Below, one piece after another: positions 39,099-48,232 of a stretch of DNA of 64,000 nt; position 1 is the stretch's first letter; each line of letters begins with the position of its first letter. A program made the position numbers and the translations under genes. Below the pieces are notes generated by a model that searched no databases, was not told the DNA's origin, and saw only the letters and a program-made list of their open reading frames with translations. The stretch is from Candidatus Latescibacterota bacterium (GTDB lineage Bacteria; Latescibacterota; UBA2968; GCA-2709665), in contig CBDDDZ010000005.1 in NCBI GenBank assembly GCA_965226795.1, positions 1 to 64,000 of the forward strand. Reading direction: 5' to 3'.

Positions 39099-40580
39099 TC
39101 ACGGTTGTTCTGCTTCTGCCGAAATGTGTCTCGACGTCCTTTCGAGAACCTCGTGGCCGTTCCGAAATTCCAAGTGATCCTCAATTGGCGGTGGGGGCGT
39201 TCCAAATGAGCGCGGCACCACAATTTTTGCTCCAGAGCGGCGTCGAAGTTGTGCCAGACCGCCCATCGTGATTGTTCCCCGGCCGCCGGTTGCTTCGTGG
39301 AAGTTCCAAAGCAGCCAGCCACTCTTCTCCAGGTCGTCCTCACCCGCGTGGCTGAACCATAATGCGTCGTCGCTCACACTTTCCAGTATGTCTCGGGTCG
39401 CGGGGTAGTCCTCACTAACCAGCAGAATAACCGCGGCGCGAAAGTCCTTCTGGGATTGCAGGTGGTCGGGAGCGCGTGGTCCATGCTCGGCGATGATGTC
39501 GTCTATAGTGTATTTCTTTATCTCGCGTGCGGAAAAAATGCGATCCCCGTTTTCATCTCTGACAAGATCGCCCGCTTCGCCAAAAAGCCACTCCCCATCC
39601 ACTGCGGCCCACACATCAGGGACCTCCTCTGGCGGCACGAAACCTGCCAGGTACAGTTCGAGAGGAGGATAGGGATTTCGCTTAGGGTCGATTGGGTCTT
39701 TGGCACCAGTGTACCTGCCTCCACCAAGGTCAACTATCTCTTCAAAATCAGAACGAAAGGCACCACCGAGAGATCCACGGATATTGCTCTTCCCGTTCCA
39801 ATGTCCTCCATCTGATAGTGGCTCACCGAGGAAGGCTGCCCATCGATGCATCAACTCGTGCAGGAGGGTACCCTCACGAAAGTCGGAATACTCAAACACC
39901 GGGTGATATGGCTCATAGACAGAAAAGAAAATCACGCCCTGGAGTTTCCCTTCGGACCCCCACGTACTATTGTTGGAGAAAAGCGATAGTCCGATACCTC
40001 GCACATCGTTCTTCAGGTGTGCAAAAAAGCCTCCGTCCAACGAACCTGGTTCTAGCTGGGTCTCTCGACGCACGTTGGCGAAGAAAATCAGGAAATCGAA
40101 CTCATCGCGGAAGCGCCCATAGAATCGCGCCGCATAGTCTTCCAGTGGTGGCTCATTGCCGAAATCCGGCCAAAGGGCGGCGAGATTTTCTGCTACGGGA
40201 AGGACAAATACGTTGTCATTGTAAATCTGCGGCTCGGTAAAGTCGGTTGAAGGCACGTCTTTACCGAAGTTCTGCGCAAAGATCACGAAGTCAGAAAACC
40301 CGATTTCACCGTCGCCGTTCAGATCATACTTCGCTTCGTACTTCTCATCACTCTGGCGCGCCCCGAACACCCCAGCGAACTTCACGAAATCGCCAAAGCC
40401 GATCGTCCCGTCGCCGTCGAAGTCCGGAATGGAGGCGGTATCGTCGCCGTTGGCATCGACGGCTACAGCATTGGTTGTTGTGGGATCAATGTTTGCATTG
40501 GAACCTGTCGCGGCGTGACATACGAATGCCAGCAGCGCCAGGGCGGCAAGATAGATTGTGCCCTTCAAGGAAGTCATCAT
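39099..40580 (-). CDS. Secreted EF-hand/dockerin-like + HExxH metalloprotease-like domain (no LRR)
   Basis: DFDGDG pair, EFDFLIFF, LHELMHRW..GGHW, LELYLAG; start uncertain (40580-40625). Confidence 0.75.
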   Translation of the reverse strand: MMTSLKGTIYLAALALLAFVCHAATGSNANIDPTTTNAVAVDANGDDTASIPDFDGDGTIGFGDFVKFAGVFGARQSDEKYEAKYDLNGDGEIGFSDFVIFAQNFGKDVPSTDFTEPQIYNDNVFVLPVAENLAALWPDFGNEPPLEDYAARFYGRFRDEFDFLIFFANVRRETQLEPGSLDGGFFAHLKNDVRGIGLSLFSNNSTWGSEGKLQGVIFFSVYEPYHPVFEYSDFREGTLLHELMHRWAAFLGEPLSDGGHWNGKSNIRGSLGGAFRSDFEEIVDLGGGRYTGAKDPIDPKRNPYPPLELYLAGFVPPEEVPDVWAAVDGEWLFGEAGDLVRDENGDRIFSAREIKKYTIDDIIAEHGPRAPDHLQSQKDFRAAVILLVSEDYPATRDILESVSDDALWFSHAGEDDLEKSGWLLWNFHEATGGRGTITMGGLAQLRRRSGAKIVVPRSFGTPPPPIEDHLEFRNGHEVLERTSRHISAEAEQP

Positions 40581-40689
40581 TCGAACCATCCTGTTCATAA
40601 CTACCGGATTTCTACTCAGACCCATTCAATCTGGTGGAACCCGGATGCCGAGTTACATCACTGCAACCGCCTCAGTTACGGATGTCGAC

Positions 40690-41214
40690 CTCGTTATCGG
40701 GTATAATGCGTCCAGTAATGGTACGCAATGTGAAACCGGCGTTCAACGCAGTTTGTTTGTCGAATCGTCCGTAATTTGTCCTGGATTCCACCAATTACGA
40801 TATGTCGAATGGGAGGATAGATTCGATGGTGGGGACCCCCCACCGTCGCGTTTCGACGTGCGAACCGTAGCGGCAGGTTTCAAGCCTGCCCTAACTGTCC
40901 TATGTGCACGGATGCGAGGGACATCGGATACTGTCTGCTGGGTTTCGGCGGCGAGATCCTCTCTTGAGTGCCCATGCCGGCAGAACGACGTTGAGGCGGG
41001 CAGACAGGAATGTCCGCCCCACCTTCAGGCAAGTTTCCTTAGGGTGTTGGCGCAATGCTGAAAACGGTGCTTAGACAAACAAAAAGGGTCGAGGTGCTTG
41101 GCTTCGACTCTTTTATTTGATGGATGATCGGTTAGAAGCGTTTGGAGATTCCGGGCTGGATCTAAACGACCAGCGAGGCGGGATCCGGATAATCCTGCCC
41201 GGAATCTCTATGAA
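40690..41214. repeat. Degenerate junction repeat R6 (terminator ~41082-41114, selW remnant ~41132-41163), interrupted by REP-like palindromes
   Basis: AATTTGTCC box at ~40773; AAAAGGGTCGAGG...GCTTCGACTCTTTT; GCGTTTGGAGATTCCGGGCTGGATCT. Confidence 0.65.
40828..41022. repeat. REP-like palindromes
   Basis: GGTGGGGACCCCCCACC; GTAGCGGCAGGTTTCAAGCCTGCCC (GTAG-type); GGCAGACAGGAATGTCCGCC. Confidence 0.5.
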
Positions 41215-41274
41215 TCAAGGGCCAATCGTGCGGATGACACGACACTGGAGGTCAATCGCGTAGATTGGATTCAT
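41215..41274 (-). pseudogene. Orphan C-terminal remnant of an LRR-protease gene
   Basis: Translates MNPIYAIDLQCRVIRTIGP*, homologous to MNEPIYVIDPQGRVVSTIRQ*, at the expected position before R6. Confidence 0.75.
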
Positions 41275-42047
41275 CCGGTTTCGTGGACGATTTCTGTTGA
41301 CACCTTGCGGAGCCAGGCTCCTCTTCCCCCGTTGCTGTCAGTGGACGGATTCGAGCGATAATTGCCTCGACGGTCTCGGTGACCGCCGAGAGCAGCGTGT
41401 AGCGGTCTTCGATGACCACCTCTGCGTCTGCATAGCGGTATCGCACCGGGTATTCGGTCAGCCAAGCCAGCTTCTCGCCGGCCGAAGTGTCGATTTCGGC
41501 CGGACGCCGGCGCACGGTCTCCGCGAGCACCGTCAGGTCATGCGTATTGTGATAGTCGGTGTCGAGAGCAGAAATCCAGCCCTTCAGCGCGTTCTCAAGA
41601 GCCTGTTGGGCGGCAAACCCAATCAGTTCTTGCGAAGAACGGGGGTTTTCAATAAGAACGTCGAGATCTTCGAGACAACGCCTGGCATTGGCGATGCGCT
41701 GCCGTACGTCGGGCCAGTTGGTCGGTTCAGGGTTGTCGTAGCTTACTTTGTCGCCATTCGCATCGAATCCGTCGCGGACGGCCTGGCCTGCCACGTGGTT
41801 GCGCGCTCGGCGACCGTAATGGAATGCCCGTTCGCTCATGCGGACTAAATCGACGCTGGTCGAATCCCCGTACAGTTCCTCGACTTTGCGGTGAGCTGCG
41901 GCGCTCGTGCGTTGATACTTCCGGCGGTCCGTGGAATCGGAGTCGGTGATGATGAGCAGGTCGACGTCCGAATCCGGGCTGTAGTCGCCCCGGGCGCACG
42001 ATCCGAACAGAATGACACGGTCCGGGCGGACCGCCTCACCTACGGCG
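41252..42047 (-). pseudogene. MNT (nucleotidyltransferase)-HEPN fusion, 5'-truncated second copy
   Basis: VILFGSCARGD..DSDVDL, QQALENALKG, THDL, VRYRY; homology to the 45222 copy ends at ~42047 with no start codon before phoX. Confidence 0.75.
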
Positions 42048-42072
42048 CCAGGGACTTGACTGAGGCCTCGGC

Positions 42073-43440
42073 TCAGCCCGTCCAGGGCCCGGTGATGGCC
42101 AGGGTGATCCCGGGCGACTGGATGTTGGCGTAGAGCGTGCGGCCGTCGGGCGAGAACGTGGCGCCGGCGAACTCGGACTCGTTGAAGGCGTTGCGGCCGA
42201 GCTTGTAGATCCGCCCCTCCGGAGTGACCCCCACCAGGTGGTTGTCCCCGCCGCCGTCCTCGCAGAGCACGAGGTCGCCCCAGGGCGCCACCGTCAGGTT
42301 GTCGCAGTTCTCCACCAGGTTGCCGTCGTTGGGCTCGATGAACAGCTCCAGGGTCCCGGGCGAGGCCGTCTCGTCGGGCGTCCCCTCGCTGGGGCTTGGC
42401 TCGTAGCGCCACACCTGCCCCTTCTTCTCCTTGCCGCCGCTGGTGCATGCGAAGTAGACGGCCTCCCGGCCGTACCACATGCCCTCGCCGCGGGCGAAGC
42501 GGGCGGCGCCCTTGTCGAATCCCTGGTTGCGCAGGTCATCGTCCGGGGACTCCACGTCCTCCATATCGACCCAGGCCGCGGCCAGGCGGTCCCCGGGAGC
42601 GACGGTCTGCGACTTGTGGTTGGCCGTGTCCAGGCTCGGCCGGTCAAGGGCCATGAGCGCCTGCAGCTGGCCACCGGCCGCGAGACGTCCGGGCTCGTCG
42701 GGCAGGTAGCGGTAGATGAGACCGTCGCCGGCGTCCTCGGTCTGATAGACGATGCCCGTCGCCGGATGGACGGCCACGGCCTCGTGGTTGAAGCGGCCCA
42801 TCGCCTTCAGGGCCACCGGCTCCACCGGCCCCGTGGCCGGGCCCGCCGGGACCTCGAAGTTGTACCCGTGGTCCTGTTCGTGGTTGTCGTCGGCGTGCTG
42901 GGTCGTCTCCTCGCAGGTGATCCAGCTTCCCCAGGGGGTGAGGCCGCCCGCGCAGTTGCGCACGGTGCCGGCGAGGCTGAGGTAATGTTTCTCCAGCTCA
43001 CCGGCGGGGCCGAGCACGAAGGTCGTCGTCCCTCCCTGCGGCGGATCGCCGCGGCCCCAGTCGTAGAACCGTTCGCGCGGCAGCTTGCCGAGACGCTCGT
43101 TCTCATCGCCGAAGGCGCCGACCTTGCGGGCCCCCGCAGTGAGTTCGTGGTTGCAGACCAGCAGGGTCCGTCCCTCCGCCCCGGGAAAGGCGGCCATGGC
43201 GTCGGGCAGCCCCGGCACTCGCAGGCCATCGTCCATCTCGACGCCGATGCGGGAGATCACCCGGTAGGTGAAGCCCGCGGGCAGGTCGACGATCCCGCCC
43301 GGGTCCGGTCGCATGGGGCCGTAGCCCGCGGCGATCCCCTCCTCGGGGGCCTGCCCCCAGACCACGTGGAGCTGCAGCCCTTGGAATCCCAACGTGACGG
43401 CGGCCGCTGACTTCAGGAACTGTCTTCTGGTGACGGGCAT
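42073..43440 (-). CDS. phoX: PhoX-family (DUF839) alkaline phosphatase, Tat-exported
   Basis: TRRQFLK Tat motif, NHE, NCAGGLTPWGSWITCEE, MGRFNHEA, TED, CDNL, CEDG, EFAGATFSPDG..L..NIQ.PG. Confidence 0.88.
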   Translation of the reverse strand: MPVTRRQFLKSAAAVTLGFQGLQLHVVWGQAPEEGIAAGYGPMRPDPGGIVDLPAGFTYRVISRIGVEMDDGLRVPGLPDAMAAFPGAEGRTLLVCNHELTAGARKVGAFGDENERLGKLPRERFYDWGRGDPPQGGTTTFVLGPAGELEKHYLSLAGTVRNCAGGLTPWGSWITCEETTQHADDNHEQDHGYNFEVPAGPATGPVEPVALKAMGRFNHEAVAVHPATGIVYQTEDAGDGLIYRYLPDEPGRLAAGGQLQALMALDRPSLDTANHKSQTVAPGDRLAAAWVDMEDVESPDDDLRNQGFDKGAARFARGEGMWYGREAVYFACTSGGKEKKGQVWRYEPSPSEGTPDETASPGTLELFIEPNDGNLVENCDNLTVAPWGDLVLCEDGGGDNHLVGVTPEGRIYKLGRNAFNESEFAGATFSPDGRTLYANIQSPGITLAITGPWTG

Positions 43441-43540
43441 CTACTCGATCCTCCCTCAGTAGTGAACAATCAAAGATAAGCTTCCTTCCCACTCACGACG
43501 GCGAGACGAGGCGCAGACGCGGAGGCCGTGAACCTCGCCG

Positions 43541-43561
43541 ACTCCCCCTCAAGGGGGAAGT
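43541..43561. repeat. Short extragenic palindrome near the phoX boundary
   Basis: ACTCCCCCTCAAGGGGGAAGT. Confidence 0.4.
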
Positions 43562-43650
43562 AACGAGGGGAGATATGTGGTACTGTCAAGTTATCCTGGC
43601 GTCAAGTAGGACTTCAATAGGAGGATGTCTCTGTCCCAAGACTTTGGCCT

Positions 43651-44706
43651 TTATTGCTTCTTCACCGTTTCCGCATTTTCCCCGGTCCCTTGATCGGTCC
43701 TCGTCTGCTCGTCGAGCCGGCGTTTCCTTTCAACGCGTCTGTCCAATTCCAATATGGCATTCCGGTATTTTCCGCTGAACTTTCTGGCATTGGCTTCCTG
43801 CAATGCGGTTCGCGCCTGGTCGAACCGATCGGTATACATGTAGCTCAGTCCAAGATTGAAATAGGCCTTATGGACTTCGGTTGAATTGGAATAGGTCTGC
43901 GTTGACTCCTGAAAGATGTTGAGCGCGGCATCCCAGTTGCCCGCGTCGACCATTCTGAAGCCGCGTTCCAGTTCCGGCATTTCCTTGGCGGTTTCGAAAG
44001 AGACGTACACGCGCTCGGTATAGGGCACAATCATCCGCACAAGGGACTGCACAATATCCGCCGTGCACGCAGCGAAAAGCCGCCTGCGATCGGCATTGTC
44101 GATACTTGCCTCGCTTTGAGTCTTACCCGACGTTCTTACTGTCTCACGTTCGGAAAATTTCCTGCTGGCCAGAATCCTCGATGTCTGCAAATCCACGATT
44201 CGCAGTTGGACTTCCACACGCGCGGTGCCTCTGCGGTCGTATTTTCGATTGCTGGTTTTCTTGGTTGTCTTCTTGTCCTTTTGCTTGACATTCTCCCTGG
44301 TTTCCTCCTCGTCGTAGTCGTAGGCCAGGATACCGCCCGAAATGAGGGCGACGTTCCCTTCAACGTCGTTCCTGCCATGTCCGATCTTCAGGCTCTCATA
44401 GTCCAGGAGTTCAAATCGCCCGGATTGTGAAAGCGCCTGCGACATCTCAGCGGAGAATCTCCGGAGCCAGGTGTCTTTGGATTCCACACCCTGCAGAAAC
44501 TTACCCCAGTCGCTGAGTTTCGATACGAATCCGCTCCCCGATCCCTTTATTTCGCCAATTGCGATCTTGTCAAAATCCCGCAGGTTGATTTCAGCCGGAC
44601 GCGTTACCAGGATGGAGAGTCTCTTGCTGCCGCTGCAACCTGCAAACAGACCCGAGATCGATAAGAGTGACCAGAGGATAAGATTCAGCCAACACGTTTT
44701 TTTCAT
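43651..44706 (-). CDS. Lipoprotein with CsgG-like N-terminal region and C-terminal TPR
   Basis: LFAGC lipobox; VEVQLRIVDLQTSRIL; AYFNLGLSY TPR. Confidence 0.7.
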   Translation of the reverse strand: MKKTCWLNLILWSLLSISGLFAGCSGSKRLSILVTRPAEINLRDFDKIAIGEIKGSGSGFVSKLSDWGKFLQGVESKDTWLRRFSAEMSQALSQSGRFELLDYESLKIGHGRNDVEGNVALISGGILAYDYDEEETRENVKQKDKKTTKKTSNRKYDRRGTARVEVQLRIVDLQTSRILASRKFSERETVRTSGKTQSEASIDNADRRRLFAACTADIVQSLVRMIVPYTERVYVSFETAKEMPELERGFRMVDAGNWDAALNIFQESTQTYSNSTEVHKAYFNLGLSYMYTDRFDQARTALQEANARKFSGKYRNAILELDRRVERKRRLDEQTRTDQGTGENAETVKKQ

Positions 44707-45221
44707 ATCGTCGCACTCGAAGTGGGGTTTTGTCCACGTTATTTGGACCTAAGTGGATCCGATGCGGATTGGATGCTGCAAGCTGTGCGAAAAACGCCTT
44801 GTCCCGCGTTGAAAGGGGCTTGTGACGAGAAAAGTATTGCGAGACTCCACCGACGTCAAGTCGAACACGGATGCCGGTGAGATTTCCGGAGCGTGTTTCG
44901 CTTTTGTAAAAGTGAGACTGGATTGGGATCGGGAGGCGTTCCGAAAGTCAGGTGGCGGGCACGGGGACGAGGAAGGCGAGGCGATTACAGGGTCATCTAA
45001 CTCTTGTATGCGATGGCACGATCCATCTGGATGTTGTCTGAATATCCGAAACGGACAACGAACGGTCAGGCGGATAGAAACCAGCGGGAAACGTGGTACC
45101 CGCAATCTCGCCGAAACAGGAACGCTTTCTCGATAATATCGCCCTATTCAGGCGCCGGTTCATCAGGTCTCCCGGACGAATTCCGTTGAACTGTCCTGGA
45201 GCCGGGCTTCGTGAATGTCGT

Positions 45222-45989
45222 TTAAGTCAACGCGCGGATACGGACCATAATCGCTTCGACGGTTTCAGCTACCGCCGAGAGCAGCGTGTAGCGGTCTTCG
45301 ATTACCACCTCTGCGTCTGCATAGCGGTATCGCACAGCGTACTCGGTCAGCCACGCCAGCTTCTCGCCGGCCGGGGTGTCGTTTTCGGCCGGATGTCGGC
45401 GAACGGTCGCCGCGAGTATGGCCAGGTCATGCGTGTTGCGATAGTCGCCGTCGAGCGCGGATATCCAGCCCTTAAGTGCATTTTCAAGAGCCTGCTGCGC
45501 GTGAAACCCGATGGCTTCCTGAGCGGAATTGGCCTCTACGAGAATCTTTAGAACGCCGAGTTCCCGCTCAGCATTGGCGACACGCTGCCGTATGTCGGGC
45601 CAGTTGGTCGGGTCCGGGTTATCGTAGGACGCTTTGTTTCCATTCGCATCAAATCCATCGCGGACTGCCTGGCCTGCCACGTGGTTGCGCGCCCGGCGAC
45701 CGTAGTGGAACGCCCCTTCGCTCATGTGGACCAGATCGACGCTGATCGAATCGCCGTACAGTTCGTCGACCGTACAGTGGGCCGCCGCGCTCGTGCGTAG
45801 GTACTTCTGCCGGCCCAGGGGATCAGAGTCGGTGATGATGAGCAGGTCGATGTCCGAATTCGGGCTGAAGCCGCCACGGGCGCGCGAGCCGAACAGAATG
45901 ACCCGGTCTGGGCGGACCGCATCACCAACCGCCCGGGCGACGGCGCATGCTTTCGGGTCAGGAGACAGATGAGTTGGCGGTGTTGGCAT
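45222..45989 (-). CDS. MNT (nucleotidyltransferase)-HEPN fusion protein
   Basis: VILFGSRARG..NSDIDL; FHAQQALENALKG, THDL, YAVRYRY; start uncertain (45989-46028). Confidence 0.85.
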   Translation of the reverse strand: MPTPPTHLSPDPKACAVARAVGDAVRPDRVILFGSRARGGFSPNSDIDLLIITDSDPLGRQKYLRTSAAAHCTVDELYGDSISVDLVHMSEGAFHYGRRARNHVAGQAVRDGFDANGNKASYDNPDPTNWPDIRQRVANAERELGVLKILVEANSAQEAIGFHAQQALENALKGWISALDGDYRNTHDLAILAATVRRHPAENDTPAGEKLAWLTEYAVRYRYADAEVVIEDRYTLLSAVAETVEAIMVRIRALT

Positions 45990-46271
45990 GGTTAACTTTC
46001 GGCTTCCACTTTGCTGTGTACGGATCACGAGAACCTGCCGGTCAAACCCGGAAACCGGTGGTTATGCTGAATAATCGGCTGTTTTTCAATGACTTTAGCG
46101 TAGAATGTACCGACAACCTGTCAATTCGCGGATTCGGGTTGTTCAGAGTGAGGTTGCGCGCTCTATGGTGGATGGATTCATCGCTGTACCCGGAAAAGGG
46201 AGCATCATTCTCGGGTGTTGTCCTTTCGATCCTGTCCATCCATGCAGAATCCGGTTACTGAATTAAAAAGT

Positions 46272-46508
46272 TCAGATGCGTTTCGCTATTTGGGGCTGGA
46301 TCTCTTCGTACTCGGGAAAGCGGCCCTCTTTGAGTTTGGAGAAGGCGAGTTCGCCGTCGATGGTGACCTCGAATCGTCCGCCGCCGGAGGGAATGAGTGT
46401 GAAGCCTTCGATATCCTGCTTGAACTCTCTCAGGAGTCTGTCCGTCAAACTGACGGTCTGATCTTCGTAGCCTCAGGCCGCGCAGTATTCAATGTCGATT
46501 TTGGGCAT
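46272..46508 (-). CDS. SelW/Rdx-family selenoprotein (CxxU), 78 aa, missed by the ORF track
   Basis: AGGAGG RBS; MPKIDIEYCAA-UGA-GYEDQTVSLTDRLLREFKQDIEGFTLIPSGGGRFEVTIDGELAFSKLKEGRFPEYEEIQPQIAKRI*; UGA at 46473-46475. Confidence 0.9.
46442..46456 (-). promoter_or_regulatory. Putative bacterial SECIS element
   Basis: CCGUCA-GUU-UGACGG hairpin; loop G lies 23 nt after the UGA. Confidence 0.7.
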
Positions 46509-46720
46509 GTGGCGCCTCCTTGACGTCTTCGGGTGGAAACCGGTATTGGGGCGGATGGCGAGGTGCTTTCAAATGTCATCGCAATATATCTCGTCCGCGG
46601 ATGATTGTCAACACGGAGGTCGTGGCGTATATCGGGATTCCGCTTGACCGTCGCCAGTGAGAGGTTTAGATTGCGACGGCTTTCGACGCTGTTTTTGTTA
46701 CGTATGAAAGGGAGCATGTC

Positions 46721-48232
46721 ATGTCCACGCAGCGGGCTTACGAGGATCTCATCGGCCGGTGGAAGGAACTGCACTTGCTGGAATCCTGCGCGGCCGTGCT
46801 GGGGTGGGACGAACGCACCTATATGCCGCGTGGCGGCGCCGCACACCGCGCCGAACAGCATGCCCTCCTGGCCGGGATGGCGCACGAGCGGGCAACGGCG
46901 CCCGAGGTAGGGGAATTGCTGTCGTGCGTCGAGGAGGGTGATGTGGATTTCCAGCCGGAATCGGCGCGTGCCGTAAACGTCAGGGAAATCCGGCGGGAAT
47001 ACGACAGAAGGACGAAGTTGCCGAAGTCTCTGGTTGAGGCGCTTGCGAAGGCGACGACGCTGGCTGAACAGGCCTGGCAGGAGGCGCGGGAGGACTCGGC
47101 GTTCGAGCGTTTCCGGCCGCACCTGGAGGAGGTGGTGCGGCTCACGCGGGAGGTGGCCGCGGCGCTCAGGACCGGAGGGACTGCCTACGATGCGCTTCTG
47201 GATCGATTTGAGCCCGGAGAAACGTCTCACAATCTCAAAGGAATATTCGGCGCGCTCCGAGACGAACTGGCGCCGTTGGTGGCGGCGATCGTGGATTCGG
47301 GAAGGGCGCCCGAGGCGTCGATTCTGACCCGCGACTATCCCGTGCCGGAACAAACTGAGTTCGGCATCGCCGCAGCGAAGGCCGTCGGGTTCGACTTCGA
47401 GCGCGGGCGGCTGGACGAGACGGTGCATCCGTTCTGTACGGGAATCGGGCCGGGCGACACAAGGCTAACGACCCGGTACGACCGTAACCAGTTTGCGCAG
47501 GCTTTCTTCGGGACTCTGCACGAAGCGGGCCACGGCCTTTATGATCAGGGACTGGAGGCCGCGCATTCGGGGACGCCGATGGCCGAAGCCGTGTCCCTGG
47601 GCATTCACGAGTCCCAGTCCCGGATGTGGGAGAACTTCGTGGGACGCAGCCGGGCGTTCTGGACTCATTTCTTCCCGAAGGCGCGTGGTGTTTTTTCAAC
47701 CGCGCTGGCGGGCGTTTCGCTGGAGTCGTTTTATTTCGCGGTTAACGACGCGCGGCCGTCGTTCATCCGTGTCGAGGCGGACGAGACGACCTATAATCTG
47801 CACATTCTCCTGCGGTTCGCGCTGGAGGAGGCGCTCGTGGAGGGTGATCTTCCGGTAGCCGACGTCCCGGGTGCGTGGAACGAGCGGTTCGAGCAGGATT
47901 TCGGACTGAAACCGCCTGACGATGCGCACGGATGTCTGCAGGACGTTCACTGGAGCGCCGGATTGATCGGATACTTCCCGACCTATACGCTGGGCAACCT
48001 CTACGCCGCTCAGTTTTTCGAAGCCGCACGCAGGGATCTGGGCGACCTCGACAGACAGTTTGCCGAAGGCGAGTTCAGCCCGCTGTTGGGGTGGCTGAGG
48101 GACAGGATCCATCGGCAGGGGAAACGCTACACGGCTCCTGAACTGGTGGAGAAAGTCACGGGAAAGCCCCTGGGTCACAGGGCATTGATGGCGCATCTGA
48201 AGGCGAAATTCGGGCTGTTGTATGCGGTTTGA
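46721..48232 (+). CDS. Carboxypeptidase M32 (Taq-like)
   Basis: HPF, HEAGH..Y.QG, HESQSR, IRVEADE, QDVHW, YFPTY.LG. Confidence 0.95.
   Translation: MSTQRAYEDLIGRWKELHLLESCAAVLGWDERTYMPRGGAAHRAEQHALLAGMAHERATAPEVGELLSCVEEGDVDFQPESARAVNVREIRREYDRRTKLPKSLVEALAKATTLAEQAWQEAREDSAFERFRPHLEEVVRLTREVAAALRTGGTAYDALLDRFEPGETSHNLKGIFGALRDELAPLVAAIVDSGRAPEASILTRDYPVPEQTEFGIAAAKAVGFDFERGRLDETVHPFCTGIGPGDTRLTTRYDRNQFAQAFFGTLHEAGHGLYDQGLEAAHSGTPMAEAVSLGIHESQSRMWENFVGRSRAFWTHFFPKARGVFSTALAGVSLESFYFAVNDARPSFIRVEADETTYNLHILLRFALEEALVEGDLPVADVPGAWNERFEQDFGLKPPDDAHGCLQDVHWSAGLIGYFPTYTLGNLYAAQFFEAARRDLGDLDRQFAEGEFSPLLGWLRDRIHRQGKRYTAPELVEKVTGKPLGHRALMAHLKAKFGLLYAV

Noticed and set aside
19929..40580. Diversity-generating retroelement
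   Set aside because: No reverse transcriptase, and the differences I inspected between repeat pairs are not adenine-specific.
19929..40580. Polymorphic toxin locus
   Set aside because: No toxin-immunity gene pairs or cassette-style variable toxin tips; the cargo genes are complete with their own leaders.
42048..42478. 408-aa ORF 41252-42478 as one protein
   Set aside because: Its N-terminal part is an alternate frame of phoX; homology to the MNT-HEPN paralog starts only at ~42047.
19746..46271. Classical integron or integrase-driven genomic island
   Set aside because: No tyrosine/serine recombinase or transposase in the window, no RYYYAAC...GTTRRRY attC pattern recognised, and the cassettes have their own promoters.
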